Source: Geobacter sp. UBA5730 (lineage in GTDB: Bacteria > Desulfobacterota > Desulfuromonadia > Geobacterales > Pseudopelobacteraceae). Taken from it: a stretch of 64,000 nt of DNA. Shown one piece after another: positions 20,759 to 30,342 of the stretch (positions are counted from its first letter, which is position 1; each line of letters starts with the position of its first letter). Made by a program: the position numbers and the translations under genes. Below the pieces are notes generated by a model. The model saw only the letters and a program-made list of their open reading frames with translations, was not told where the DNA came from and searched no databases. The stretch lies in assembly GCA_002419465.1 (NCBI GenBank), contig DIGE01000010.1:21699-85698 (forward strand), given 5' to 3'.

Positions 20759-22377
20759 TCCATCAGACACAGCGGTGGTTACTGGCGCTCTGTTGTGGTC
20801 TGCTGCTGGCAGCGTGCAACAGTGACAAACAGCAGGTAGCTGCGTCCAGGGCGGCCGATGCTCCGGCAGCCATTGGCGACACCCTGGTGGAGGGGACCAT
20901 TGGCGAGGCATCCACCTTGTTGCCGATCCTGGCTTCAGACAGTGCCTCCCACAGTGTGGCCGGTCAAATTTACAACGGCCTGATCAAATATGACAAAAAC
21001 CTGCAGATCGTCGGTGATCTGGCAGAATCCTACCAAGTCTCCCCGGACGGCCTTACCATCACCTTCCGGCTGCACCGTAATGTTCGATGGCATGACGGCG
21101 CATTGTTCAGCTCTCGGGATGTGCTTTACACCTATCGGGTAATTATCGACCCCAAAACCCCCACCGCCTATTCGGAAGACTTCAAGCAGGTGGCCGCTGT
21201 GACTGCGCCGGACAGCTCTACGGTCGTGGTACGTTATCGTAGTCCCTATGCCCCGGCCCTGGCCTCCTGGGGTACCGCCATCCTGCCGGCCCATCTGCTG
21301 GAAGGGCAGGATATTACCAGAAGCCCTTTGGCTCGTAAGCCGATCGGCACCGGTCCGTTCCGTTTCAAAGAATGGGTAGCTGGCCAGAAGATCGTACTGG
21401 AAGCCAATCCAGACTACTTTGAGGGGCGTCCTTACCTCGATCGCTATGTCTATCGGGTGATTCCCGACACCTCCACCATGTACATGGAGCTGAAGGCCGG
21501 TGGTGTGGATATGATGGGGCTGACCCCGGTACAGTACGCCCGCCAGACCGGCACCCGGCAGTTCAAGGGACAGTTCAATAAATACCGCTACCCCTCCAAC
21601 GGGTATCTTTATCTGGGGTATAACCTGCGCCATCCGCTGTTCAAGGATGTCCGGGTCCGCCGCGCCATCACGGCGGCCATCAATAAGGACGAACTGATTC
21701 AGGGGGTGCTGTTCGGTATGGGGCAGAAGGCGGCCGGGCCGATTGTGCCGGGACGCTGGGCCAATAATCCCACGTTGCAGGATATTCCCTTTGACCCGGC
21801 CTATGCCAAACGGTTGCTGGCCGAGGCCGGCTGGCAACCGGGGCAGGGCGGCATGTTGTACAAAAACGGCAAGCCGCTGCGTTTTACGATTCTCACCAAC
21901 CAGGGTAACCAGCAACGTCTGATGACCGCCCAGATCATTCAGCAACGGTTGCAGCAGGTGGGGGTGGATGTGCGAATCCGGGTGGTGGAGTGGGCGGCCT
22001 TCCTGAAAGAGTTTATCGATAAGGGCAACTTCGAGGTGGTGCTGCTGGCCTGGATGACCTCCCAGGATCCGGATATGTACGATATCTGGCATTCCAGCAA
22101 GACCAAGCCGGGTGAGCTGAACTTTATCGGGTACAACAATCCCGAGGTGGACCGTCTGCTGGAAGAGGGGCGCAGCACCTTTGCTGTCGACAAACGCAAA
22201 AAAGCCTACTTTCGGATACAGGAGATTCTGGCGCAGGAACAACCCTACACCTTCCTGTATGTCCCCGACGCCCTGCCGGTGGTTTCTGCGCGGGTGCGAG
22301 GGATTGAACCGGCTCCGGCCGGCATCGGTCACAACATTATCAAATGGTATGTTCCCAAACAGGAACAGCGTTACTAG
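20755..22377 (+). CDS. ABC transporter substrate-binding protein, family 5 (peptide/nickel type)
   Basis: 540 aa with lipobox LLAACNS. Typical SBP_bac_5 segments are present (TFRLHRNVRWHDG, GTGPFRFKEW). No cognate permease or ATPase genes are adjacent. Confidence 0.85.
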   Translation: MIHQTQRWLLALCCGLLLAACNSDKQQVAASRAADAPAAIGDTLVEGTIGEASTLLPILASDSASHSVAGQIYNGLIKYDKNLQIVGDLAESYQVSPDGLTITFRLHRNVRWHDGALFSSRDVLYTYRVIIDPKTPTAYSEDFKQVAAVTAPDSSTVVVRYRSPYAPALASWGTAILPAHLLEGQDITRSPLARKPIGTGPFRFKEWVAGQKIVLEANPDYFEGRPYLDRYVYRVIPDTSTMYMELKAGGVDMMGLTPVQYARQTGTRQFKGQFNKYRYPSNGYLYLGYNLRHPLFKDVRVRRAITAAINKDELIQGVLFGMGQKAAGPIVPGRWANNPTLQDIPFDPAYAKRLLAEAGWQPGQGGMLYKNGKPLRFTILTNQGNQQRLMTAQIIQQRLQQVGVDVRIRVVEWAAFLKEFIDKGNFEVVLLAWMTSQDPDMYDIWHSSKTKPGELNFIGYNNPEVDRLLEEGRSTFAVDKRKKAYFRIQEILAQEQPYTFLYVPDALPVVSARVRGIEPAPAGIGHNIIKWYVPKQEQRY

Positions 22378-22388
22378 GGGAGGTTGCG

Positions 22389-22838
22389 ATGCTACCGGTC
22401 AGCGATATCCATTCCGTGGCCCATGCCATCCAGTTGGCAGTGGCGCCGGTCTTTCTCTTGACCGGCATCGGCGCCATGCTGTCCGTGATGACCAACCGGT
22501 TGGGCCGGGTGATTGACCGTGCCCGTTTCCTGGAGCAGAAGCTCAAAATCGTACAGGGGAGCGATGGCGAGGATATCCGCAGCCACCTCAAGACGCTGGC
22601 CTATCGGGCCAGGTTGATTGGCCGTGCCATCAACCTCTGCACCACCACCGCACTGCTGGTTTGTACCGTGATCGCCCTGCTTTTCATCGGCGCTTTTCTG
22701 GGTGTCGATCCTTCCATCCCGGTGGCCCTTTTGTTCATTGCCGCCATGGCAGCCCTGGTGGCAGGACTGCTCTGGTTTCTGCGTGAGATATTTGTTGCCA
22801 CCTCCAGCCTGCATATCGGTCCTGACAATCCTGCCTGA
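22389..22838 (+). CDS. DUF2721-type membrane protein
   Basis: ATG at 22389. It has three hydrophobic helices, and AIQLAVAPVFLLTGIGAMLSVMTNRLGRVIDR is typical of the family as I recall it. Confidence 0.6.
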   Translation: MLPVSDIHSVAHAIQLAVAPVFLLTGIGAMLSVMTNRLGRVIDRARFLEQKLKIVQGSDGEDIRSHLKTLAYRARLIGRAINLCTTTALLVCTVIALLFIGAFLGVDPSIPVALLFIAAMAALVAGLLWFLREIFVATSSLHIGPDNPA

Positions 22839-22857
22839 TCACCTGTTGTTTGCAGCG

Positions 22858-22888
22858 TTGACATCTTCCAATATAAATTGTATACAAT
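22858..22888 (+). promoter_or_regulatory. Sigma70-like promoter of acnB with an overlapping 12-bp palindrome
   Basis: TTGACA (22858..22863), a 17-nt spacer, then TATACA/TACAAT (22881..22888). The perfect palindrome ATTGTATACAAT (22877..22888) covers the -10 element. Confidence 0.45.
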
Positions 22889-22949
22889 ATGCTCTTTTTC
22901 TTCGTCCAAAAGTACGCTAAGTACCTATCACCATGAGGAGGATTCACCG

Positions 22950-25481
22950 ATGATCGAAGCATATCTGGCCCACGAAGCCGAGCGTGCCGCCCAGGGTATC
23001 CCGGCGCTGCCGCTCACCCCTGAGCAGACGGTTGAACTGTGCAAGCTGTTGGAAGCCCCCCCCGCAGGTAAGGAAGCCTTTCTGCTGAACCTGTTGAAGG
23101 AACGCGTATCCCCCGGTGTTGACCCGGCCGCCAAGGTCAAGGCCGGGTTTCTGGCCGGTATCCTGAACGGCAGCAAGAAGTCTCCCCTGGTTTCCAAGGT
23201 TGACGCAGTCCGTATCCTTGGCACCATGATGGGTGGCTACAACGTTGGTCCGCTGGTGGATGCCCTGAAGGTTGCCGAGCTGGCCGATGAGGCAGCGGCA
23301 GCCCTGTCCGCCATGACCCTGGTCTATGACGGTTTTGATCAGGTGGTGGCTCTGTCCGCTTCCAATGCAGCTGCAAAGAAGGTGCTGACCTCCTGGGCCA
23401 ATGCCGAGTGGTTCACCAACAAGCCCGGCGTACCTGAGACCATCAAGGTCAAGGTGTTCAAGGTGGAGGGTGAGATCAATACCGACGACTTCTCACCGGC
23501 TGGCGATGCCTGGAGCCGTCCTGATATCCCACTGCATGCCCTGGCCATGGGCAAGACCCGCTTCCCCAACCGCCTGAAGGATATCGCTGACTGGCGTGCT
23601 GCCGGCCATAAGGTTGCCTTTGTGGGCGACGTGGTCGGTACCGGTTCTTCCCGCAAGTCTGCCTGTAACTCCGTGCTGTGGCACATGGGTCAGGATATCC
23701 CCTGCGTGCCGAACAAGAAGACTGCCGGTGTGATCATTGGCGGCGTGATCGCCCCGATTTTCTTCAACACTGCCCAGGATTCCGGCGCACTGCCGATCAA
23801 GGCCGACGTAACCAAGATGAACGACGGCGACGTGATCACCATCAACACCGTGAAGGGTGAGATCAGCAACGACAAGGGTGACGTTATCTCCACCTTCAAG
23901 CTGGCCCCCAACACCATTGCAGACGAATTCCGCGCCGGTGGCCGGATTCCTTTGATTATTGGCCGCGCCGTGACCGAGAAGGCCCGCAAGGCACTGGGCA
24001 TGGGCGAGACCGATGTCTTCACCCTGCCGGTTAACCCGGCTGCCAAGGCTGACCAGGGCTACTCCCTGGCTCAGAAGATGGTTGGCAAGGCCTGTGGCGT
24101 TACCGGCATCCTGCCCGGTACTGCCTGCGAGCCCAAGATGACCACCGTCGGTTCACAGGACACCACCGGTCCGATGACTGCTGACGAGCTGAAGGAGCTG
24201 GCCTGCCTCAAGTTCCTGTCCCCGATGTTCATGCAGTCCTTCTGCCACACCGCTGCCTATCCCAAGCCGGCTGACGTGAAGATGCACAAGACCTTGCCGG
24301 CTTTCATCGCCGAGCGTGGCGGCGTGGCCTTGAAGCCGGGCGACGGCGTGATCCACTCCTGGTTGAACCGTCTGTTGCTGCCTGACACGGTTGGTACCGG
24401 CGGTGACTCCCACACCCGTTTCCCGATCGGCATCTCCTTCCCGGCCGGTTCCGGTCTGGTGGCCTTTGCCGGCGCCATGGGCTTCATGCCGCTGGATATG
24501 CCCGAATCGGTGCTGGTCCGTTTCAAAGGCACGTTCAACCCCGGCATCACCCTGCGTGACGCCGTGAACGCCATCCCCTACTGGGCCATCAAGCAGGGCC
24601 TGCTGACCGTGCCCAAGAAGAACAAGGTCAACATCTTCAACGGCCGCATCCTGGAGATGGAAGGCCTGCCGGAGCTGACCGTCGAGCAGGGCTTTGAACT
24701 GACCGACGCCGCTGCCGAGCGTTCCGCCGCCGCCGGTTGCATCCAGCTTTCCAAGGAATCGGTTGCCACCTACCTGCGCTCCAACGTGGCTCTGATGAAA
24801 CGGATGATCAAGGATGGTTACCAGGATTCCCAGACCCTGCAGAACCGGATCGATGCCGTGAACGAGTGGCTGAAAAACCCGCAACTGCTGGAGGCCGACA
24901 AGAATGCCGAGTACGCTGCCGTGATCGAGATCGATCTGGCAGAGATTACCGAACCGATCCTGGCCTGCCCCAACGATCCGGATGATGTCAAGCTGCTGTC
25001 CGATGTTGCCGGCACCCCGATCCAGGACGTGTTTATCGGTTCCTGTATGACCAACATCGGTCACTTCCGGGCTGCTGCCGAGATCTGGCGTGGTCAGAAG
25101 TTTAACCCGAACGTCCGCACCTGGATCACCCCTCCGACCCGTATGGATAGCGACCTGCTGAAGGATGAGGCCTACTTCTCGGTCTACAGTGCCTTTGGCG
25201 CCCGGATTGAGATCGCCGGTTGTTCGCTTTGTATGGGCAACCAGGCACGGGTACCGGATGGGGTGAATATGTTCTCCACCTCCACCCGTAACTTCGACGA
25301 CCGGATCGGTGATGGCGCCAAGGTGTTCCTGGGTTCCGCCGAACTGGGTGCCGTGACCGCTCGCATGGGCAAGCTGCCGACCCCGGCCGAGTTCCTGGCG
25401 ATCTACAATGAGAAGGTTGCTCCGAACAAGGAGAAGATTTACCGTTACCTGCAGTTTGATGAGATGGAAGGCTACAAGTAG
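22950..25481 (+). CDS. acnB: Aconitate hydratase B (bifunctional aconitase 2 / 2-methylisocitrate dehydratase)
   Basis: A GAGGAGG ribosome-binding site precedes ATG 22950. The AcnB N-terminus is [22 protein letters not shown]. The catalytic region contains [11 protein letters not shown] and [11 protein letters not shown]. Confidence 0.95.
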   Translation: MIEAYLAHEAERAAQGIPALPLTPEQTVELCKLLEAPPAGKEAFLLNLLKERVSPGVDPAAKVKAGFLAGILNGSKKSPLVSKVDAVRILGTMMGGYNVGPLVDALKVAELADEAAAALSAMTLVYDGFDQVVALSASNAAAKKVLTSWANAEWFTNKPGVPETIKVKVFKVEGEINTDDFSPAGDAWSRPDIPLHALAMGKTRFPNRLKDIADWRAAGHKVAFVGDVVGTGSSRKSACNSVLWHMGQDIPCVPNKKTAGVIIGGVIAPIFFNTAQDSGALPIKADVTKMNDGDVITINTVKGEISNDKGDVISTFKLAPNTIADEFRAGGRIPLIIGRAVTEKARKALGMGETDVFTLPVNPAAKADQGYSLAQKMVGKACGVTGILPGTACEPKMTTVGSQDTTGPMTADELKELACLKFLSPMFMQSFCHTAAYPKPADVKMHKTLPAFIAERGGVALKPGDGVIHSWLNRLLLPDTVGTGGDSHTRFPIGISFPAGSGLVAFAGAMGFMPLDMPESVLVRFKGTFNPGITLRDAVNAIPYWAIKQGLLTVPKKNKVNIFNGRILEMEGLPELTVEQGFELTDAAAERSAAAGCIQLSKESVATYLRSNVALMKRMIKDGYQDSQTLQNRIDAVNEWLKNPQLLEADKNAEYAAVIEIDLAEITEPILACPNDPDDVKLLSDVAGTPIQDVFIGSCMTNIGHFRAAAEIWRGQKFNPNVRTWITPPTRMDSDLLKDEAYFSVYSAFGARIEIAGCSLCMGNQARVPDGVNMFSTSTRNFDDRIGDGAKVFLGSAELGAVTARMGKLPTPAEFLAIYNEKVAPNKEKIYRYLQFDEMEGYK

Positions 25482-25502
25482 ATTTTTTCGTTGTATGATG
25501 CA

Positions 25503-25541
25503 AACGGCCCGCCGGAGGTTATTCCGGCGGGCCGTTTTTTT
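25503..25541 (+). terminator. Intrinsic terminator after acnB
   Basis: Perfect 14-bp stem AACGGCCCGCCGGA / TCCGGCGGGCCGTT with loop GGTTAT, followed by a T7 run. Confidence 0.85.
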
Positions 25542-25698
25542 GGTTGTGCTGCCAGGGTTTGACAAAGAAATAGCAGATCACCAGGAAGGGCAGGGCAGAG
25601 AAGGCCGCTTCAAAGCGGCCCAGAAAGAGCTGCCAGGTGGTAAAGGTCAGGATGCTGACCACAAACAGGATCAATGCAATAGCGGCAGATTTGGACAT
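25519..25698 (-). CDS. Possible small two-TM membrane protein
   Basis: MSKSAAIALILFVVSILTFTTWQLFLGRFEAAFSALPFLVICYFFVKPW has two clear hydrophobic helices. Its 3' end runs into the acnB terminator hairpin. I recognise no homology. Confidence 0.3.
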   Translation of the reverse strand: MSKSAAIALILFVVSILTFTTWQLFLGRFEAAFSALPFLVICYFFVKPWQHNQKNGPPE

Positions 25699-25808
25699 GG
25701 GTCGCAAGGTAGCCCGAACTGCGTAAAAAGGGAAGGTTTCAGTTTGACAAACCGCTGCTGCTGGAGTAGCAATAAAGTCCCAAATTCACCATCAACAAGG
25801 TTTTAGTC

Positions 25809-26681
25809 ATGAAAATCAGTCAGCGTCTGGTCAGCGGCAGGCCGTTTTTGTCGGTTGAGTATTTTCCACCCAAAGAACGGCAGGATTGGCCGGCCTTTTT
25901 CCAGGTGGTTGATCGCCTGAATCAGCTGAAACCGCTGTTTGCCTCGGTTACCTATGGCGCCGGCGGCAGCACCCAGGAGGCCACCCTGGAGATTGTTTCC
26001 CGGATGCAACAACAACATGGTCTGGAGACCATGGCTCACTTGACCTGCGTGGGTGCCCAACCGGATCGGCTGCGGGCTTTTCTGGATGATTTGACCACTG
26101 CGGGGGTTGGCAATGTATTGGCCCTGCGGGGTGACCCCCCCAAGGATGTCCCGGCTGCCGAACTCACCGAATCGCCGCTGCTTTTTGCCTCTGATCTGGT
26201 CTCTTTTGTCAGAAAGTCTCACCCGGGATTGGGGGTCGGGGTGGCAGCCTATCCCGAGATACACCCCGAGGCGGTCAGCGGGGAGGCTGACCTGGGCTAT
26301 CTGAAGCTGAAAATGGACCTGGGCGGCGAATTTGCCATCTCCCAACTGTTTTTTGATAATGCCCATTACTTTGATTTTGTGGCCCGGGCCAGGGCCCGAG
26401 GCATCACCCAGCCGATCATCCCCGGTATTCTGCCGGTGGTCAGTCTGAAGGTGATTCAGCGGATTGTGTCGCTGTGTGGAGCCAAATTGCCGCCCTCCTT
26501 CCTGGCAGAGCTTGAAGCGGCTGACCGCAGCGGCGGGGCAGCAGCGGTGCAGCGGGTGGGGATCGCCCACGCCCGCAGGCAGGCCGAAGGGCTGCTGGCC
26601 GGTGGTGCGCCCGGGGTCCATCTCTATACCCTGAACCGGGCCGAAGCGATTCTGGAAATTGCTGACGGTTTGCTGTCGTAA
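25809..26681 (+). CDS. metF: Methylenetetrahydrofolate reductase
   Basis: 290 aa with SVEYFPPK and VTYGAGGST motifs. Confidence 0.92.
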   Translation: MKISQRLVSGRPFLSVEYFPPKERQDWPAFFQVVDRLNQLKPLFASVTYGAGGSTQEATLEIVSRMQQQHGLETMAHLTCVGAQPDRLRAFLDDLTTAGVGNVLALRGDPPKDVPAAELTESPLLFASDLVSFVRKSHPGLGVGVAAYPEIHPEAVSGEADLGYLKLKMDLGGEFAISQLFFDNAHYFDFVARARARGITQPIIPGILPVVSLKVIQRIVSLCGAKLPPSFLAELEAADRSGGAAAVQRVGIAHARRQAEGLLAGGAPGVHLYTLNRAEAILEIADGLLS

Positions 26682-26687
26682 TCTGCC

Positions 26688-27413
26688 ATGACCTGGATTG
26701 ATTGGCATACGATCGACACAATCCTGCTGGATATGGACGGCACCTTGCTGGATCGTCATTTTGACGACCATTTCTGGTTGGAGCATGTGCCGAAACGCTG
26801 GTCGGCTCACCACAAGGTACCGCTCAAGCAAGCCCGTGAGCAGCTCTACGCGCTGTTTCGTTCCCAGGAGCGCACCCTGAACTGGACCGATCTGGATTAC
26901 TGGTCAGATCGCCTGGGGCTGGATATTCCTCAACTCAAGCTGGAGGTTGAGCACCTGATCGCCGTGCATCCCGGCGTGATGGAATTTCTGGCTTTCTGCC
27001 GGCAGCATGGCAAGCAACTCTGGCTGGTTACCAACGCCCATAGCAAAACCCTGGATATCAAGCTCAAAAAAACACCCGTTGGTCCCTGGTTCGACGGGAT
27101 CGTTTCTGCCCATCAGGTGGGACTACCCAAGGAAGATGTGCGTTTTTGGGACTATCTGCAGCGTTTTGTAACCTATGATCCTGGCCGGACCATGCTGGGT
27201 GAGGATACCGAAGCCAACCTGCAGACCGCCCAACAGTACGGCATCCGTTATCTGATCCATATCAGTCGGCCCAGTTCAGCCTTGATGCCGCAATGCTCTC
27301 GGCAGTATTGCTCAATAGAGTACTTCACTCAGCTGATCCCCGCCCCGAATGCTACCAGCGTCAGGATCTGTTCGCAGGAAGGAGATAGCTGCCATGTCAA
27401 CCAAGCTTTATGA
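26688..27413 (+). CDS. HAD-superfamily hydrolase (YrfG-like nucleotidase type)
   Basis: HAD motif I is LLDMDGTLLD, and a VTNAH segment is present. 241 aa. Confidence 0.75.
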   Translation: MTWIDWHTIDTILLDMDGTLLDRHFDDHFWLEHVPKRWSAHHKVPLKQAREQLYALFRSQERTLNWTDLDYWSDRLGLDIPQLKLEVEHLIAVHPGVMEFLAFCRQHGKQLWLVTNAHSKTLDIKLKKTPVGPWFDGIVSAHQVGLPKEDVRFWDYLQRFVTYDPGRTMLGEDTEANLQTAQQYGIRYLIHISRPSSALMPQCSRQYCSIEYFTQLIPAPNATSVRICSQEGDSCHVNQAL

Positions 27414-28500
27414 TGTCGTGATAATCGGTGGTGGTCCGGCCGGTCTGGCCACCGCGTACCTTTGTCATAAACATAACCTCTCGTACCTGGTGCTGGAATC
27501 GGGCAAAGCGGTCTTCCAAGGGATTGCCAACAGCTATCCGCAGGGTAAGCTGGTGTATGCCTCCAAGCCCAAGGATGCCCCGGAACCGTTTCTGGTGGAT
27601 GAGTTGCGGCCACCCGACAAACCGGTCACCGTGGAGAGTTATCTGCAGTATATCCAGCACTTTGTCCAGCATGAAAACCTGAATATCCAGACCGAGGTGA
27701 CCTTCGAGGATATCCGCGATGAGCGGGGCCAGCTGATCGTGGTGACCGGCAAGGGGCTCTTCAAGGGGCGCAAGGTGGTGCTGGCCTTCGGCAGCAGCAT
27801 CCCCCGCGAGTTGGCCGTCTATGGTGATGCCAAGATGGTTGCAAAAAATGTGGATGATCCTGCCAAATACGTAGGGCTGAAAACTCTGGTGATCGGTGGT
27901 GGGAATTCGGCGGCCGACGTGGTGATCGCCATCCTCAAGGCCAAACGTGAGCGCAATGACACCCAGCCGGTCTATTGGGCACATCAATCGGAAAGGTTTG
28001 ATGTCAACAAGGAAACCGCCCAACGGTTGGGAGAGGAGATCTTGCTGGGCGGCAGTATCCGCTTATTGCCGAACGCCACGCCTCGGATCGGCGAGGTGGA
28101 CGACGAGCAGGTGGATCGACTTTCAATCAGAATCAATGAGTTCAAACAGAGTGACGGCATCGATCTGTACCATGCCTTGAGTTTTCCGATGCAGAATGTG
28201 ATCGCCTGCATCGGCTCCCAGGGACCGGTGCCGATTTTTGACAAACTGGGCATCCAGACCATTTCGTGCACTGCCGGGGTTTGTAAGGTGGCCAAGGAAG
28301 GCGATCGTTTGGTGCTGCTCTCGGGTGGATTCGAGTCGACCCGCAAGGGGGTCTACGTGGTGGGCGGGGCGATTTCACCCTCTTACATGAAAATCTCCGA
28401 GGGGGCGATTCAGGAGGAGAAACACCCCAACCTGATCTATACTGCCGTGAATGATGCCTATCGGGTGGTGGAGGAGATTAAGGGCAAGCTTGGAAAATAA
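27394..28500 (+). CDS. FAD/NAD(P)-binding oxidoreductase (pyridine nucleotide-disulfide oxidoreductase-like)
   Basis: ATG at 27394. There are two Rossmann dinucleotide motifs (DVVIIGGGPAGL and LVIGGGNSAADV). No CxxC redox pair is seen. Confidence 0.75.
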   Translation: MSTKLYDVVIIGGGPAGLATAYLCHKHNLSYLVLESGKAVFQGIANSYPQGKLVYASKPKDAPEPFLVDELRPPDKPVTVESYLQYIQHFVQHENLNIQTEVTFEDIRDERGQLIVVTGKGLFKGRKVVLAFGSSIPRELAVYGDAKMVAKNVDDPAKYVGLKTLVIGGGNSAADVVIAILKAKRERNDTQPVYWAHQSERFDVNKETAQRLGEEILLGGSIRLLPNATPRIGEVDDEQVDRLSIRINEFKQSDGIDLYHALSFPMQNVIACIGSQGPVPIFDKLGIQTISCTAGVCKVAKEGDRLVLLSGGFESTRKGVYVVGGAISPSYMKISEGAIQEEKHPNLIYTAVNDAYRVVEEIKGKLGK

Positions 28501-29883
28501 TCAGCCTACCTCGGCGTACTCGCGTACCCGGAACTGCACCCCCAGGGATTCAGCCAGTCTGCGGCAGGCCTCCATGTCAACCCCCGGCACGGTGACCGCC
28601 GTAGCGGTTACGTCGGGGATGTAACGGGGGGCATCCCGCAGGAAGTCGCAGACCCCGGCGAAGCCCGCCTCGCCGAAGGGGGTGTTGCAGAGCCGACCAT
28701 AGGTAACGGCATCCGGAGCATTCAAGCTGATCGAGATGCTGTCAACCAAGCCTTCTAACTCAGGCAGGATGTTGCGGCCATGCACCAGGTTGGCCTGGCC
28801 ATCGCTATTGATCCGAATCGGGAATCCCCGTTTTTTCAGGGCTGTTGCCACCTGTTTGACCAGTTCCAGCCGCAGCAGTGACTCACCAAACCCACAGAAC
28901 ACCACCTCATCGATCCCTGTCGGTTGACCAATGGCAGCCATCACTTCCCCAAAGCCGGGTTCATGGTCCAACAGCAGGTTGTGCCCCTTGACGGTGAACT
29001 CATCAAACTTTGCACAGAATGTACAGCTGTTTGAACAGCGATTGGTGATGTTCAGGTAGAGGGAGTTGCGGATCCGGTAGGCGATCTTGCTTGATTCGTC
29101 CCACAGCGGAATGTTGAACAGCCGCCCGGCATTCATGGTGGTAATCCGCCCCACGTCATCCAGTGTCAACCCCTTCAGTTCAGCCACCTTTTCTGCCGTA
29201 ATCAGGGTATAGGCCGGTTCGTTACGCCTGCCCCGGTGTGGCACCGGCGGCAGGTAGGGGCAGTCGGTTTCCAGCAGCAACCGCTCCATCGGCATGGCCT
29301 GCACGACATCCCGCAGTTGCTGATTGGAAGGGTAGGTTACCGTGCCGGGGATCGAGATGTACAACCCCTGCTCCAGGCACTGGCGGGCAAAGTCACTATC
29401 ACCGGAGAAACAGTGCATTACCCCTTTGGTTACCCCGGCGGCCTTGATCTGCCCCAGGGTCTCCTGATGGGCGTCACGGTCATGAATTACCACCGGCTTG
29501 TCCAATTCCAGGGCCATCTGCAAAAAATGGCCGTACACGGTCCGTTGGGGGTCTCGCGGGGCTCGGTCGCGGTAGAAATCCAGGCCGATCTCGCCGATGG
29601 CAACGCATTTCGGGGTTGTCTGGGCCAGATGCTTGATCTCGCTGATGGTGGCTGCCGTGGCTGTGGCGACATCGTGGGGGTGAATCCCCACGGTGCAGTA
29701 GAGCTGCTCGTACCGGACGGCCAACTCCACGGCCTGTCTGCTTGATGCTAGATCGGCACCCACCACCACCATGCCCCGCACCCCGTTTTGGGATGCACGG
29801 GCCAGCATCTGTTCCCAATCCGCCTCAAAATCAGGGTAGTAGAGATGACAATGGCTATCTATCAAGCTGAGTTTTTGATCCAT
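28501..29883 (-). CDS. Fusion protein: TatD-family metal hydrolase plus TatD-associated radical SAM domain
   Basis: ATG at 29883 (MDQKLSLIDSHCHLY, the TatD HxH motif). The N-terminal ~260 aa are TatD-like. The C-terminal ~200 aa carry the CxxxCxxC cluster CSNSCTFC. Confidence 0.82.
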   Translation of the reverse strand: MDQKLSLIDSHCHLYYPDFEADWEQMLARASQNGVRGMVVVGADLASSRQAVELAVRYEQLYCTVGIHPHDVATATAATISEIKHLAQTTPKCVAIGEIGLDFYRDRAPRDPQRTVYGHFLQMALELDKPVVIHDRDAHQETLGQIKAAGVTKGVMHCFSGDSDFARQCLEQGLYISIPGTVTYPSNQQLRDVVQAMPMERLLLETDCPYLPPVPHRGRRNEPAYTLITAEKVAELKGLTLDDVGRITTMNAGRLFNIPLWDESSKIAYRIRNSLYLNITNRCSNSCTFCAKFDEFTVKGHNLLLDHEPGFGEVMAAIGQPTGIDEVVFCGFGESLLRLELVKQVATALKKRGFPIRINSDGQANLVHGRNILPELEGLVDSISISLNAPDAVTYGRLCNTPFGEAGFAGVCDFLRDAPRYIPDVTATAVTVPGVDMEACRRLAESLGVQFRVREYAEVG

Positions 29884-29893
29884 CAATGCGTCC

Positions 29894-30280
29894 CTATTGA
29901 GCAGCAGGCAGGTTGTCAACCTCACGCAGTGCTCGTTTGATGGCCCGTATGTCGAAGCCGTCCACCACCTGCTTGCCGTTGTCAAACACGATCACCGGCA
30001 CAATGTCGCCCTGCCAGGTCTTGTGCCACTCGTTGTAATAGATTTTGTTGCGCTTGATATCGCGGACCTCAAAAGGCAGTGCAAGCATGGCGAAATACCT
30101 TTCCGCCTTGGCGCAGTAGCCTCAGCCATAGGCCGTGTAGATGACGATCCGTTCCTTGGCCGGGATGGTGAAGTGCGACGGGGCAGGGGGAGTGGACGTA
30201 GCTGCCAGGGCGCTTGCAAGGGGAAACAGGGCGACGACGGAGAGGATAGCGGCGATTGATCTGAGTTGAAGAGTCAGCAT
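29894..30280 (-). CDS. Secreted glutaredoxin-like protein with in-frame TGA (probable selenocysteine) in a U-G-Y-C active site
   Basis: Hand translation from ATG 30280 gives MLTLQLRSIAAILSVVALFPLASALAATSTPPAPSHFTIPAKERIVIYTAYG-TGA(30122..30124)-GYCAKAERYFAMLALPFEVRDIKRNK... This continues in frame into listed ORF 29894..30088. The TGA replaces the first Cys of a Grx CGYC motif. Confidence 0.6.
30082..30110 (-). promoter_or_regulatory. SECIS-like stem-loop downstream of the in-frame UGA
   Basis: The mRNA segment CAAG-GCGG-AAAGGUAUU-CGCC-AUG-CUUG lies 12..40 nt after the UGA. Two short stems (CAAG/CUUG and GCGG/CGCC or GGCGG/UCGCC) close a G-containing apical loop. The fold was done by eye only. 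Confidence 0.4.
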
Positions 30281-30342
30281 GGCACCAGTAAACCAAAAAT
30301 CAGGTCAGTAGACAATCATAAACATCGCTATACCGCTCAACC

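Noticed and set aside
20935-22332. 465-aa minus-strand ORF antisense to the ABC substrate-binding protein gene. Similar long antisense ORFs occur at 24153..25565, 25803..26831, 52352..53683, 54811..56169, 19103..20161, 1260..1991, 40938..41552 and 63102..63812.
   Set aside because: Each lies fully inside a gene on the other strand that has clear family motifs. Their translations are low-complexity and rich in G/R/P/H/Q, which is typical of stop-poor antisense frames in high-GC DNA. None has recognisable motifs or a ribosome-binding site.
30069-30296. 75-aa minus-strand ORF overlapping the N-terminal half of the glutaredoxin-like gene in another frame.
   Set aside because: Its translation (MVYWCHADSSTQINRRYPLRRRP...) has no signal peptide or fold motif. 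The alternative frame gives a signal peptide plus a Grx beta1-active-site-helix pattern that continues into ORF 29894..30088.
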